Source: Schmidtea nova (taxonomy: Eukaryota). From it: a stretch of DNA of 36,660 nt. Location: the NCBI GenBank assembly GCA_044892505.1, contig CM097882.1:213121341-213158000 (forward strand). Direction: 5' to 3'. This document shows positions 10,757 through 20,630 of this stretch, piece by piece. The notes under the pieces were generated by a model that was given only the letters and a program-made list of their open reading frames with translations, had not been told where the DNA came from and made no database searches. Every line of letters starts with the position of its first letter. Positions within the stretch are counted from its first letter, which is position 1. The position numbers were made by a program, and so were the translations under genes.

Positions 10757-12452
10757 GAATCAATTAGTTATTTATTTTTAGTCGGTTTCCTGTCTTACTC
10801 CTCGTGCTCCTATAATTACAAATCACCAAAACCCAACACAATAATTTTGATTAAATTTCACAATTTACAAACGTTAAATCAATACAATTTCAAATTTCTC
10901 TAAAACACTACACTCTTCTTTATTCCAGCGATAGGGATAAGTTCATCAAGGGTAGATTTCCCTTTCTGATACGCTTTTGATTGCTAATATTAGATTTCTG
11001 ATAATCGCACCTTTTTCACTTACCCAAATTGTCGTACTTACGAATAATTTTTACTTCGACGAAACTGGCGATTTACTATCAGTTTGATATTCCTTTTTTA
11101 GTAATTTTATTGCGTCAATATATCAATCAAATTTCTAGAATAGGGATATAATATGATTGTTGAGGTTCGTCTAAAATGGTTCAAAATGAGACGAAAGTGC
11201 GCGGAGATAGGGGACAAATCAATAAAAAGGCTGAAAAATTTAAAACTCACAATTTATAAATAAGTACAAAAAAATAATTAAAAATTTAAGAAAAATTAAG
11301 AAAAATTAAAAATTGACATATTGTGATTGAAATTGGTATGTGCGGACGGCAAATGGAGAGACGAGTACGAGTACGAATATGATAATAAAATATCAATGTG
11401 GGGTTCCTAGAAAAAGATATTCAATAAATAAAAATTAATGAATAATTTATTAGTTATGTAGAAAACCCGAGCACATGGGAAACCTGAATGAATGGGAAAT
11501 CCAAACAAAAAGGAAACCCGTCATAAAATCTAATTATCGGAGTCACAGTCCGAAATAATTGAGTTATAAAAGACAACAATCATCTCAATTCTGCGAAAAT
11601 CCAATTATAAAAAAAGGATAATCATATTACATACCTATTTTAGAAATTTAATTGAAATATTGACGCAATAAAATTACTATAAAAATATCAGAACGGCGGT
11701 AAATCGCAAGTTTGGTCGAAGTAAAAATTTATTAAGGAGTAAGACACATTTGTTAAGTGAGGAGAGTGCGATTATCAAAAATCAAATATTAGCAAATCAA
11801 AAGCGTATCAGAAAGGGCGATCTATCTTAGTTAGATTTAACCATATTGTTGGAATAAAGAAGAGTGTAGAGTGTTTTAGAGAAATTTGAAATTGTATTGA
11901 TTTACCGTTTGTATATTGTGGAATTCAATAAAATTCATTGTGTTGGGTTTTAGTGATTTGTAATTATAGGAGCACGAGGACTCAGACAAGAAACCGACTT
12001 AAAATAAATAATCCAAAATAATTATGTTTTTTCATAATTGGATTTTCGCTGAATTAAGATGATTTTTGTCTCTTATAATTCAATTATTTCGGCCATCGAC
12101 TCCGATAGTTTGATTTTATGTCAGGTTTCACTTTTGTTCGGGTTTTCCATGAGCTGACTCGGGTTTCTACATAACTAATAAATTATTCATTAATTTTTAT
12201 TTATTGAGTATCTTTTTCTAGGGACCCCACGTTGTTATTTTATTATCATATTCGTACTCGTCTCTTTATTTTCCGTCCGTACATACCAATTTCCCAATGA
12301 TATATCAATTTTTAATTTTTGTTAATTTTTTAATTAATGTTGTTACTTGTTTATCAATTGTAAATTTTACATTTTCAGCCTTTTTATTGATTTAAATTCC
12401 AATCTCGGCGCACTTTTATATCATTTTGAAAAATTTTAGACGAACCTCGTCA
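10757..12452 (-). mobile_element. Solo-LTR-like repeat, outer copy (minus strand), split by an inserted copy of the same family
   Basis: 10757-11157 plus 12023-12452 join to give the reverse complement of 11158-12017. The 5' terminus is TGACGAGGTTCGTCT (rc of 12438-12452). Confidence 0.75.
11158..12017 (+). mobile_element. Solo-LTR-like repeat, inner copy (~860 bp)
   Basis: Starts TGTTGAGGTTCGTCT and has AATAAA followed by TGTGTTGGG. Candidate 5-bp target duplication ATGAT (11153-11157) / ATAAT (12018-12022). The 3' CA is not preserved. Confidence 0.75.
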
Positions 12453-12604
12453 GTGTGTTTTGTCAAGTTCCAAAGTTTGTAGAACCCAAATCAATAGATA
12501 TTATTGCGCATCTTATAATTAATTGTTCAATTTCTTTATTCAACTATACGCATTTGGTTTAATGAAAAGTACTTTTTCTGCATTTTAATGTTATTTTTTT
12601 CCAG

Positions 12605-14185
12605 CAAAATAGTATCAACGGCCAAGAGGATGTCCAAGCAGTGAGAGTAGTTAGCGATGCGGAAGAACGGAGCTATTCAGATTGGATTAATCAAGCCCTC
12701 AAGAACGAAGAGATCTGTCAGAAATACCTCCCAATAAATTATGAGAAACTTTACGAAGCATGTTCTGATGGAGTTCTGATGTGTAAAATGATCAATTACT
12801 CAGTTCCTGACACGATCGATGTCAGAGCGATTAATGTTGGGAAAAAACTGGAAAGCATATTTTGTAAAAATGAAAATTTATCATTAGCTGTTCAATCAGC
12901 ATCATCAATTGGATGTTGTGTTGTAAACATCGGGCCAATTGATTTGGGAAAAGGGGTTAAACACATTGTACTTGGCCTTTTGTGGCAAGTAATCCGAATA
13001 GGGCTAATAGGTAAAATCAACTTAGCCAATCACGCAGAATTAGTGGCTTTGTTACGCGACGGAGAAAGTCTTGACGATTTAAAGCATTTAAGTCCCGAAG
13101 AAATCCTAATAAGATGGGTGAATTATCATATGGAAAAAGCAAATGTTTCTCGAAGAATTTCAAACTTCAATATAGACATAATAGATTCCGAAATTTATGC
13201 ATATCTTATAAATCAAATAGCACCTAATGAATGTCGATCAAAAATGATGTCGCCCAAAGAAATCTTAAGATCGAATGATAATGTCCAAAGAGCTGAGAAT
13301 GTTCTTTGCAATGCAAGTGCCATGAACGCAAAGGCCTTTGTTGAAGCAATCGATATTGCAATGGTCACACAAAAAGGTAAAAATCGTGAAAAATTAAACA
13401 TGGCGTTTGTGGCACACTTGTTCAATAACTATCCTGCCTTGCATATCACAGAACAGGTAATTCAAGAATTCGACATAGTCGAAGAGACTTTGGAAGAGAA
13501 AACTTACCGAAATTGGATGAATTCAATGGGCGTTGAGCCTTATCTGAATTACCTATACTCTGATCTGCGAAACGGGATAGCATTACTGCATCTGATAGAC
13601 GTAATCCAGCCAAAGACCGTTAATTGGGATACGGTGATAGTCAAGTTTAATCCACTGAAAAAACTGTTTCAAATGCAAGACAATTGTCTAGCATTTATTA
13701 GCTATGCAAAAAAATTGAATATAAAACTAGTCGGTTTAGCTGCCGAAAATATTCGAGAAAGTGAAACGACTTTAGTTTTAGGATTGTGTTTTCAATTGCT
13801 AAGAAAATACACATTTCAACTGCTCCAGAAACTGCAGCCAGACAAATTCAATAAATCCATTGAAGACCGAGACATCATTGAGTGGGCAAATAAAAAATGT
13901 CAATCTCTTGGCAAGCCAGAGTCTGTCATTCGATCTTTCAAAGATCAAAATATAAAATCCTCAAAACCAATTCTACATTTGATAGATTCAATAAAGCCAA
14001 ACTCGGTTGATTATTCAATGATAACAAATAACCCATTGGATGATGCAAAATACGCCATAACTGTGGCAAGGAAAATCGGAGCCAACGTTTACGCGTTACC
14101 GCAACATGTTGTTGATTTGAATCATAAAATGATTCTAACAATTTATGCCTGTCTGATGTTAGTTGACTTGCAAAAGCGTTCTTAA
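12605..14185 (+). CDS. fim: Fimbrin/plastin (two actin-binding domains, four CH domains); visible exon lacks EF-hands and a start codon
   Basis: EERSYSDWIN..DGVLMCKMINYSVPDTIDVRAIN..ENLSLAVQSASSIGCCVVNIG..HIVLGLLWQVIRIGL, LSPEEILIRWVNYH, EEKTYRNWMNSMGV, TLVLGLCFQLLRKYT, DAKYAITVARKIGANVYALP. The frame is open from 12566. Splice acceptor TTATTTTTTTCCAG ends at 12604. AATAAA at 14247-14252. Confidence 0.95.
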   Translation, partial: QNSINGQEDVQAVRVVSDAEERSYSDWINQALKNEEICQKYLPINYEKLYEACSDGVLMCKMINYSVPDTIDVRAINVGKKLESIFCKNENLSLAVQSASSIGCCVVNIGPIDLGKGVKHIVLGLLWQVIRIGLIGKINLANHAELVALLRDGESLDDLKHLSPEEILIRWVNYHMEKANVSRRISNFNIDIIDSEIYAYLINQIAPNECRSKMMSPKEILRSNDNVQRAENVLCNASAMNAKAFVEAIDIAMVTQKGKNREKLNMAFVAHLFNNYPALHITEQVIQEFDIVEETLEEKTYRNWMNSMGVEPYLNYLYSDLRNGIALLHLIDVIQPKTVNWDTVIVKFNPLKKLFQMQDNCLAFISYAKKLNIKLVGLAAENIRESETTLVLGLCFQLLRKYTFQLLQKLQPDKFNKSIEDRDIIEWANKKCQSLGKPESVIRSFKDQNIKSSKPILHLIDSIKPNSVDYSMITNNPLDDAKYAITVARKIGANVYALPQHVVDLNHKMILTIYACLMLVDLQKRS

Positions 14186-15755
14186 CTGATTATAAAATTC
14201 AATATTCTTTATTTATCACTTAATTTGAAATTTTAATTTATAGTTCAATAAATGAATTTTTTATATTTATTAAAATGTGAAAATGAACAATAAACTAATT
14301 AAGGACTTACGCAGTTTGCAAGTTGATTAAATAATAGATTAATCTAAATTTATTCATTACATAAGAATCAAGGAAACGAAATCCATTTTATTGCTTCTAT
14401 TTATAGCTAATTTCATCATCAACTATTTAAATCATAATTGTAACAGATTTATCGGGTCTATTATTGTAATCAGTTTTAATATTTGTAAATAATTCGCTTA
14501 TAAGCGTTTAGTAGGTAGTTAGTGGCCTGCTGCGTCACTCCATCTCCATCCCTCAGGAAAAATGTTTTTCAAATGAGTTAGAGGACAAATATATATTTCA
14601 GCCTTTAAAATGAACTGAAAAATACTTCAAAATCTTTATTATAGAATTTTTATACTCAGTTTTCAGTAGTCATATTTTTCATACAAGAGTTTTCCACTCT
14701 CATAATTTCTAGAGATGAAAAGGGACTCAATCTTTTCCATAGAAATATTTTACACAGTGTAAAGAATAAGAATAAATTTTGAAGTTCTGAAACTTTATTT
14801 AAGAAAACTTGGTTCTATTTATAGTACCCGGTGTGCCAACACCAGCACAATCAGCAATAGCTTATTGGGAAATAATAAGCAATGATGCCATCTGAGGACC
14901 CAGTCAATCAAGCATAATCAATCACACTTGCAGGCATTACACAATATATAATAGGGGTTAGGGAAATCAAATATTCCATTATAATTACATCACACACAGT
15001 TTTCAATTGTCAAATTTGCAGCTCTTACATTGATTTCAATATAAAAAGGTTCTCATGTATTTTTGAACGAAATTTTTTGTTAATATTTAAATAGAATATT
15101 TTATAAACAATTTTCAATGTGTTGGGCTGGTAAAAGTGAAATTAAATTCTTGTTTTAATGAATTGGAAAATAAATACACAAAAATAAGTCAATTAAAAAC
15201 GTTCGATGTCACATAACAGCACTAAGTAGCAAAATAGCATAAAAGGAAGACAGAATATTTAAACACAAAATATACTGTACAACGATGAATAGCAGCTCCT
15301 ATAATATAAAATGAAATTATACTATAGAAATTTCAAACACTCACCTGTGTGTGATCGGTGTGCTGACAATGAATAATAATACCTTTTATTATGTGGTAGA
15401 CAAAAAGGGTAGAAAAAATTTGTAAACCACAAAAAGACATTATGTAGTAAAAACTGATTGCAAACTTTTAATGGGTGCAAATTTAATCAATTAATAGCGC
15501 CCAATAATAAATTCTACACACACAAAAAGTTGGTATCTTCTTCATTTTAATTATTTTTTATCGATTTTTGAAAAATCAAGTTTAAAAGCAAAATCATAGA
15601 AAATAAATATTTTTCAAGAGGGCATATTGTAAGATTTATTTTTTATTTAATAATTAATTAATTTTTTTTTACATCAATTCCGATATTTCTGAAGGCTCAA
15701 AATTAAGTTTTCGGGAAAATAACCAGCCAAATTTGTAAAAATGATTTTTTAATAT

Positions 15756-15877
15756 AGTTAAATCAAACTCGGTTTTAAAAGACTGAACTTCCTTCATAGA
15801 TTTATTTAATTAAAATTTTATAAAAAGTGCCAAAATACCCAATTATTAAAACACCAGTTAATTTTAAATATCCAACT
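15756..15877 (-). repeat. 3' LTR (122 bp, AGTT..AACT termini)
   Basis: Base-for-base identical to 20264-20385. Confidence 0.97.
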
Positions 15878-15888
15878 CTCCCCTTCTT
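15878..15888 (-). other. Polypurine tract AAGAAGGGGAG
   Basis: Abuts the 3' LTR and overlaps the integrase stop codon (15887-15889). Confidence 0.9.
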
Positions 15889-17125
15889 AAGAACTTTTCC
15901 ACTTCTTCAGCCACTCGATTCTTCTTTCTTTCGTTCCTTCTTGCGAATGTAGTTCGACTCGATGAGGTGATAGAAATCTGATGATTTTATATGGGCCATC
16001 GTACTGCATACCATCCTTGTGTCTGTTCTGCGGTTCTTTGCGTACGAGTACCTCCTCCCCCACCTCAAAAACACGAGTTCCTCTCTTTGTCTTATCCATA
16101 GCTCTCATTGTGTCTGCGGCTTTACTCGAGTTATATCTTGCGTCTTCTATCCATTCGCTTCTTGATATCTCTGCTTGTTTCAGGTTTGAATGTAGGTTAA
16201 CACTCCGTCCATAAATTATCTCAAATGGTGATAAGCCTGTAGCACTCTGTCGACTGCTATTTATACTGAACTCTATTCTAGGTAGAAGTTCATGCCAGTT
16301 TCTCTCTTCACACCCACCTGCCAATGTCGCTGTAATAAGATCTCTTACTGTTCGTATGGCTCGTTCGGCTAATCCATTTGATTGGTGCTGGTAAGGTGAG
16401 CTGAATTCCTGTTTGATTCCAAGTTTCTGTAGTCTCTGTCTTAGAAAATTCCCTTCGAAATTGCGTCCTCTATCTGTTAAAATGCTCTTTGGTTTTCCAA
16501 ATCGATAGATCCAACTGTTAAGTATAGTTTTGAAAATTGTCCCTTCGTCTTGCTTCGTGATTGCGGTCAAAGAAATCAATTTACTAAAACGGTCCACAAT
16601 TACTAACATATATTTTTTAATGGTGTTTTTTTCCATGTAGGCCACATCCATTACAATCTGTTCTAGGAATTCAGAACTACATCTAGGGATAAATATTTCC
16701 TTGGTTCTTGTCTGGTCGATCTTTCTCTTAGAGCAGATATCGCAACATTGTAAACAGAGCTGAATTGTTTCTTGCATCTTCGGCCAGTAAAATATCTTTT
16801 CCATATAATGGAATAATTTCTTAACTCCAATATGACATAATTCTTCATGTAGAGTTGTTGTTAATAAGCCTGCAAAGGTTTCTGGAACTAACATTAAAAT
16901 ATTTTCGTTCTTTTCGACTGTTATTAATCCTCCATCAATTCTTGTATTTTTTACGTTAAATGGGAAACAATTCTTTTTGTCCCGTGCGCATCCATTTTCT
17001 AATATCTCTCGTAACTCTCGAAACCTAATGTCCTTCTGCTGTTGCTCCAATACTTTTTCCATAGCTTCTGTTCTTTGGATAGTATATATATCGGATTTTT
17101 GACTTTCCTTCCTTGGCATCTTCAT
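15887..17125 (-). CDS. Gypsy integrase portion of pol, out of frame with RT/RNase H
   Basis: HHCC zinc finger (LHEELCHIG..CCDIC), DVAY..IVDRFSK, TDRGRNF, SNGLAER catalytic core, GPY module (YDGPYKI). Confidence 0.95.
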   Translation of the reverse strand: MKMPRKESQKSDIYTIQRTEAMEKVLEQQQKDIRFRELREILENGCARDKKNCFPFNVKNTRIDGGLITVEKNENILMLVPETFAGLLTTTLHEELCHIGVKKLFHYMEKIFYWPKMQETIQLCLQCCDICSKRKIDQTRTKEIFIPRCSSEFLEQIVMDVAYMEKNTIKKYMLVIVDRFSKLISLTAITKQDEGTIFKTILNSWIYRFGKPKSILTDRGRNFEGNFLRQRLQKLGIKQEFSSPYQHQSNGLAERAIRTVRDLITATLAGGCEERNWHELLPRIEFSINSSRQSATGLSPFEIIYGRSVNLHSNLKQAEISRSEWIEDARYNSSKAADTMRAMDKTKRGTRVFEVGEEVLVRKEPQNRHKDGMQYDGPYKIIRFLSPHRVELHSQEGTKERRIEWLKKWKSS

Positions 17126-19046
17126 GTCGCGTTTGACACTGGGAACAAATCATACTTTTTAATCTTGATAGTCCATCTGCATTCGAATGTTGTTCACCTT
17201 TCCGATATTTTAGTTCAAAATCATATTCAGACAAGTTTGCTAACCATGTTTGAAACTGCGGACTGATTGGTGTTTTTGTAGTGTTCATGAAAACCAATGC
17301 TTTGTGGTCGGTGCGAATTATGAATTTCTTTCCGTAAAGATATTCTCTAAAATGTATGACGTACTCATGTACAGCGAGCAGTTCTTTCCTGGTTACACAG
17401 TAACCCTTTTCATGTGATGTCATATGTCTCGAACCATATGCTATAACAGATTCTTCTCCATCTTCTTTAATTTGGCTCAAAACTGCACCAATTGCTCCAA
17501 AGCTAGCGTCTGTGTCTAAGATAAATGTCCTATCTTCTCTTGGATAATCAAGGATAGGTGCCTCGCACAACCGTTCCTTTAGTGTTTGGAAACTCTCATT
17601 GCATTCTTTAGTCCAAATTATATCTTTATCGCATCCAGATGTTGCGGCATATAGTGGTTCTGCGATTCTGGCGTAGTCTTTAATAAATCTTCGATAATAG
17701 TTCGTTAATCCGAGAAACGATCTTAATTGCTTTGAACATTTTGGTATTTCTGCTTTCTCGATCTCTTCAACTTTCTTTCTGTTTGTCTGGATACCCTTCT
17801 CGTTAACTGTATGCCCAAGGAAACACAATTCTGTTTTATTGAATTCACATTTTTCTGGATTTATCTTCAATCCTGCCATTTGAATTCTTCTAAATATTTC
17901 CCCTAGTAGCTCATCGTGGTCTTTTTGACTTTTCCCATAAATCAAAATATCATCTAAATAAACAACTACCCCTTTGAATAGCATTCCTTCTAGTACTTTG
18001 TGCATCAGTCTCTGGAATGTCGCAGGAGCTGTTGCTAGGCCAAACGGTAGTCTGTTAAAGCAAAATTGTCCTTCTCTTGTACTGAATGCAGTCATTTCTT
18101 GAATTTCTGGGGCCAACTCTACTTGATAGTACGCCTGACCTAAATCAATTGACGAAAATATTTTTGCATTCGCTAGACAGTCTAATAAGAATTTGGTATT
18201 AGGCATCGGAAATGATTCCTTTTCTGTTATGGCATTCAATCCACGATAGTCTACACACATCCTGATGGATCCATCTTTCTTCCCTACTATAACTAACGGG
18301 GCATTCCAAGGACTCTTGCAACACCGAATAACATTTGCTTTTATTAATTCTTTTATCAGTTCTTCAATCTTTTTCTCCATGTGCATTGGTTGACGTCGAG
18401 GATGTTGCATTATTGGGCCTCCTGTTATCCGCATCTCATGTCGAACTAAATTTGTAAATCCCAAATCAAATTTCGACGCCATAAATATTCCGCCGTATTT
18501 CCTGATCATTCCTTCAATGTCTTTATTATTTTCACTTGCCATCGCCATTAGTGCTTTATTTATTCTTTCTTCATCAGTGTGGATTTTGTTTATGTCTGAA
18601 GTTTCTATATTATTGATCTTCACTAACTTTACTCCAAACTCTTTCATTGTATCAATACCCCCTATGAATTCTGGCTTGATCTCTTTTACAACCACTACTG
18701 TGATAATTTTGGTCTTCTGATTCCATGTGGCTGATATATTCATATATCCCATTGCCTCTTCCCCTCCAGTTGAAAATACGCCGCATAATAATATAGTACT
18801 ACGTTGAAGGTCTGGTTTGCCTATTCTCTCCCACAGATTCTTGCTCATAACTGTTACTGACGCTCCAGAGTCCCATAACATATCTACTTCTGTATTATTC
18901 AACATTATTTTACTCCAACTTCTTCCATCCTTCGTCTGATACATCTCTTCTTCTGCCTCGTCTCTTCTTCGTTCATTTCTTCTTTCATAATTTATTGCCT
19001 TGACTCCACCGACGAAATGAAACCCATGGAGTCGCTGATGTTTTTT
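17025..19046 (-). CDS. pol: Gypsy pol: aspartic protease, reverse transcriptase, RNase H; expressed by -1 frameshift from gag
   Basis: LWDSGASVTV, SPWNAPLVIV, LPFGLATAPATFQR, YLDDILIYG, LDTDASFGAIGAVLSQ, RTDHKAL. The frame is open upstream of Met 18944 to ~19075, overlapping the gag 3' end in the -1 frame. Confidence 0.96.
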   Translation of the reverse strand, partial: KKHQRLHGFHFVGGVKAINYERRNERRRDEAEEEMYQTKDGRSWSKIMLNNTEVDMLWDSGASVTVMSKNLWERIGKPDLQRSTILLCGVFSTGGEEAMGYMNISATWNQKTKIITVVVVKEIKPEFIGGIDTMKEFGVKLVKINNIETSDINKIHTDEERINKALMAMASENNKDIEGMIRKYGGIFMASKFDLGFTNLVRHEMRITGGPIMQHPRRQPMHMEKKIEELIKELIKANVIRCCKSPWNAPLVIVGKKDGSIRMCVDYRGLNAITEKESFPMPNTKFLLDCLANAKIFSSIDLGQAYYQVELAPEIQEMTAFSTREGQFCFNRLPFGLATAPATFQRLMHKVLEGMLFKGVVVYLDDILIYGKSQKDHDELLGEIFRRIQMAGLKINPEKCEFNKTELCFLGHTVNEKGIQTNRKKVEEIEKAEIPKCSKQLRSFLGLTNYYRRFIKDYARIAEPLYAATSGCDKDIIWTKECNESFQTLKERLCEAPILDYPREDRTFILDTDASFGAIGAVLSQIKEDGEESVIAYGSRHMTSHEKGYCVTRKELLAVHEYVIHFREYLYGKKFIIRTDHKALVFMNTTKTPISPQFQTWLANLSEYDFELKYRKGEQHSNADGLSRLKSMICSQCQTRHEDAKEGKSKIRYIYYPKNRSYGKSIGATAEGH
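18972..19046 (-). promoter_or_regulatory. -1 ribosomal frameshift signal (slippery heptamer plus stem-loop/pseudoknot)
   Basis: A AAA AAC in the gag frame (19046-19040), 6-nt spacer, stem GACUCCA/UGGAGUC, and loop UUCAUUUC complementary to downstream GAAAUGAA. Confidence 0.8.
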
Positions 19047-20305
19047 CCGTCTTCTCTCAATGTAGTATATTTTTCAGGAACATTGTATCTATCTTCCATA
19101 TCGCTGTGAGCCATTCTGAAATCTTGGCTGTTTTCGGTGTAATCTCTTCTTTCAGATTTGGAATCTTCTTCTTCTATGCACGCTATTCTTTGATATCGAC
19201 GGGGCACCTCTTTCCGTAACGAAAAACAATCTCGGAATCCGTGTCCCTCTTTACCACATATCAGGCATTTATTTCCCAGTGGGCACTCATATCTTTTGTG
19301 TCCCCTTTCGCCACAGCAAAAACAATCACCTACTGTTAATTTTGGAGCCGGTGCTTGTGGTAGTCCTCTACTTTCGTTATAGATCCTTCTTGCTATATTC
19401 TTCATGGAAATTGTTGGCAGTTTCCTTTCTGAGCCATCTTGGATTCTAACATTTCTCAAAAATTGTTCTTTTGGGAATTGTTCTCGTCGACCGCGGTTAT
19501 TTTCTTCGAATTGTATCGGATGTTCATCTCTTCTTGGTCTGTGATGACTAAATGGGTCTTCTGATTGTCTTCTTTGTGATGGTGTAGGTCTGGTATCTTG
19601 AGTATTCTGTTGAATTCTCATTTGCCCTCTATCAATCACGCTGGCATATGTTCTTTTACCAATTGATTTAATAAATTCAGTTTTATTGCTTCCCTTTTGG
19701 TTACTCTCAAAAATCTTCGCCAATGATCTCGTTTCTTCAATTTTTGTTTCTGGTTTTGTCAATAATATTTCCCTCAATCTCGCATCACGTGCTTTATTTG
19801 CGATGAGATCTTGAACAATATCTTCTTCTGATCGTCCTGAATTTATAACTTCAGCTAAAGCTTTCCTTAATCGAATCTCGAAAGCTGCAAAACGTTCATC
19901 ATCTTCCTGTTCCAGAACTGCCAATTCTCTGATTTTGTCAGTTATTGACTTCGTAATTGTGAAAGTATTTAGGAACCAAGTTTTGGCTTTCACATCTGTT
20001 GTTTCTGTTTCTCTGACGTTTCCCCACAATGTCTTAGCTTCTGCCACTAATAACACATCGAAGGTGCTTGTCAATCGCTGTCCATTTGTCAACAGCCATT
20101 CTTCTATGTCTCTGATCCATTCTTCTGCTTCTTTCGATCCTCGTCCATCATATCGTCTGATATTCAGCGTGAGCATATCTTGGCATGATTTTGGTAGGCA
20201 TTCCATTAACGTCTTTGTTGATTTCGAAACTGCATTGACATTCTGATTTTCGGCGTGGTCGCCAGTTAAATCAAACTCGGTTTTAAAAGACTGAACTTCC
20301 TTCAT
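18992..20305 (-). CDS. gag: Gypsy gag (437 aa) with two CCHC zinc knuckles
   Basis: CFCCGERGHKRYEC and CLICGKEGHGFRDC; position upstream of pol. Confidence 0.93.
   Translation of the reverse strand: MKEVQSFKTEFDLTGDHAENQNVNAVSKSTKTLMECLPKSCQDMLTLNIRRYDGRGSKEAEEWIRDIEEWLLTNGQRLTSTFDVLLVAEAKTLWGNVRETETTDVKAKTWFLNTFTITKSITDKIRELAVLEQEDDERFAAFEIRLRKALAEVINSGRSEEDIVQDLIANKARDARLREILLTKPETKIEETRSLAKIFESNQKGSNKTEFIKSIGKRTYASVIDRGQMRIQQNTQDTRPTPSQRRQSEDPFSHHRPRRDEHPIQFEENNRGRREQFPKEQFLRNVRIQDGSERKLPTISMKNIARRIYNESRGLPQAPAPKLTVGDCFCCGERGHKRYECPLGNKCLICGKEGHGFRDCFSLRKEVPRRYQRIACIEEEDSKSERRDYTENSQDFRMAHSDMEDRYNVPEKYTTLREDGKNISDSMGFISSVESRQ
20254..20264 (-). other. Primer-binding site TGGCGACCACG (tRNA-Arg type)
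   Basis: Directly follows the 5' LTR, sharing its last base. Complementary to the ..CGUGGUCGCCA 3' end I recall for animal tRNA-Arg(UCG); needs confirmation against host tRNAs. Confidence 0.75.
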
Positions 20306-20385
20306 AGATTTATTTAATTAAAATTTTATAAAAAGTGCCAAAATACCCAATTATTAAAACACCAGTTAATTTTAAATATCCAACT
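20264..20385 (-). repeat. 5' LTR (122 bp) containing the gag start codon
   Basis: Identical to 15756-15877. Minus strand has TATAAA (20330-20325), AATAAA (20314-20309) and ATG (20305). Confidence 0.97.
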
Positions 20386-20526
20386 AATATAATTAAATCA
20401 AAATTTTTATAGGATATCATTTAATGAAGGACAACCAAGTTTTGCAGTACTTGATTTTGAAAGAAAAACTTGAAAAAAATTAGATTTTCTTGGCTAAAAC
20501 TTTAAAAATGTAATATTGTAACAGAT

Positions 20527-20630
20527 TTTCAGGAGCTGACAAAGCCAAAATCGCGAATGCCATGAAAAATGGGGAGAATTATCAACAATTTGGCATACTG
20601 TTAGGAATCCCAAAAAACACAATTTAATAA
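20527..20630 (+). pseudogene. Remnant of a Tc1-like/HTH transposase N-terminus
   Basis: SGADKAKIANAMKNGENYQQFGILLGIPKNTI followed by stops resembles a transposase HTH. Short and unconfirmed. Confidence 0.4.

Larger units (their letters stand above)
15756..20385 (-). mobile_element. Full-length Ty3/Gypsy LTR retrotransposon, 4,630 bp
   Basis: Identical 122-bp LTRs, 5-bp TSD AATAT (15751-15755 and 20386-20390), PBS, PPT, gag, and pol domain order PR-RT-RNaseH-INT. Confidence 0.98.

Noticed and set aside
14830-15060. GC-richer patch with peptide-like minus-strand reading (LGPQMASLLIISQ*AIADCAGVGTPG)
   Set aside because: Stops in all frames and no family recognised.
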